Source of the DNA: Amoebidium appalachense
Taxonomy: Eukaryota; Protista; Ichthyosporea
NCBI GenBank assembly: GCA_963693365.1
Contig: CAVNZM010000013.1
Span: 2,880,722-2,944,721, forward strand
Direction of reading: 5' to 3'
DNA length: 64,000 nt
This document shows positions 63,280 to 64,000 of this stretch, piece after piece. Within the stretch, counting starts at the first letter, position 1, and every line of letters starts with the position of its first letter. Under the pieces are notes generated by a model that saw only the letters and a list, made by a program, of their open reading frames with translations, was not told the DNA's origin and did not search any database. The translations under genes were made by a program, and so were the position numbers.

Positions 63280-64000
63280 GGGTGCCCCACCCTTGCTAAC
63301 CACCCCTTCCCCCGAGGCTCAGACCCGGCGGCCCGCCCGCTGCCCCAGCACCACATTGACACCTCCCGCCTCCGGGAACTGCTGGCCTCCTACCCAGACC
63401 AATCATTCGCCGCACAACTCCTCCACGATGTCGAATTCGGTGTCGACATCGGCTATCGCGGCCCCTCCACCTCTCGGGTGGGCCCCAACCTACCCACCAC
63501 CCCGGAGGCAGCTGCCGCTATCACGGCGGATATTGCCAAAGAAGTCGCCCTCGGCCACCTGCGCGGCCCCCTCTCCCCGGCCCAATTCTTTGACGAATTT
63601 CCGGTCCACCGTTCCTCCCCCATCGGCGCCGTTACCAAGAAAGGGAACCCCCCCAAGTACCGTCGAATCCACCACCTCTCCTGGCCCCGGGGTAGCAGTG
63701 TCAATGACAGCATCACCTACCCCGACGAACTTCAGTACATTCGCGCCCGGGATGTCACCCAGCTCATTCTCGACGCAGGCCCCGGCTGCTACATGGCCGT
63801 GGCAGATGTGCAGGCTGCCTTCCAGCACATGCCCATCCGACCAGAAGACCATCACTTAATGGCATTCAAATGGCAGGGGCATTTTTACGTTGAAACCAGA
63901 CTGCCCTTCGGCCTGAAATCTAGCCCAGCCATCTGGGAACGGATCGCGGCCACCCTACAGTGGCTGGCACACCAGCACGGTATTACCCTCATCCGCCACT
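63280..64000 (+). CDS. pol: Reverse transcriptase of Ngaro/DIRS retrotransposon (partial; runs off the window; missing from the ORF track)
   Basis: The frame of 63901 reads GVDIGYRGP..N..I.KEV..G...GP..SPIGAVTKK..KYRRIHHLSWPRGSSVND..ADVQAAF...PIRPEDHHLMAFKWQG.FY..RLPFGLKSSPAIW. Confidence 0.92.

Overview
Eukaryotic genomic DNA saturated with poly-C/G and (CA)n/(GA)n tracts. Gene content suggests an opisthokont, possibly a unicellular holozoan (inference). Almost all ORFs in the supplied track are simple-repeat artefacts. Real content, left to right: (1) a young full-length Ty1/copia LTR retrotransposon (580-6969, TSD GTTGT) nested in the gag of a Ty3/Gypsy-like element, with the LTR end of a second same-family copia at the window edge; (2) three hand-spliced multi-exon host genes: an NRBP pseudokinase (-), a CCR4-homolog-4/Hesperin-like EEP nuclease (-) and a PGAP4-like GPI GalNAc transferase (+); (3) a spliced OTU + CXC + Myb-like gene of probable transposon origin; (4) two 5'-truncated LINEs, MITE-like foldbacks and the 5' part of an Ngaro/DIRS element. 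Two system-level signals stand out. First, an unusual intron architecture: degenerate 5' splice sites followed by poly(C), and 3' splice sites often preceded by (CA)n instead of a pyrimidine tract. Second, a non-coding, highly structured ~450-nt repeat family found at five loci, all intronic and sense to the host, with a fixed 3' end abutting poly(C), variable 5' truncation and one perfect tandem array, suggesting a retrozyme/circRNA-like retroelement. All gene models were assembled by eye and have no transcript support.
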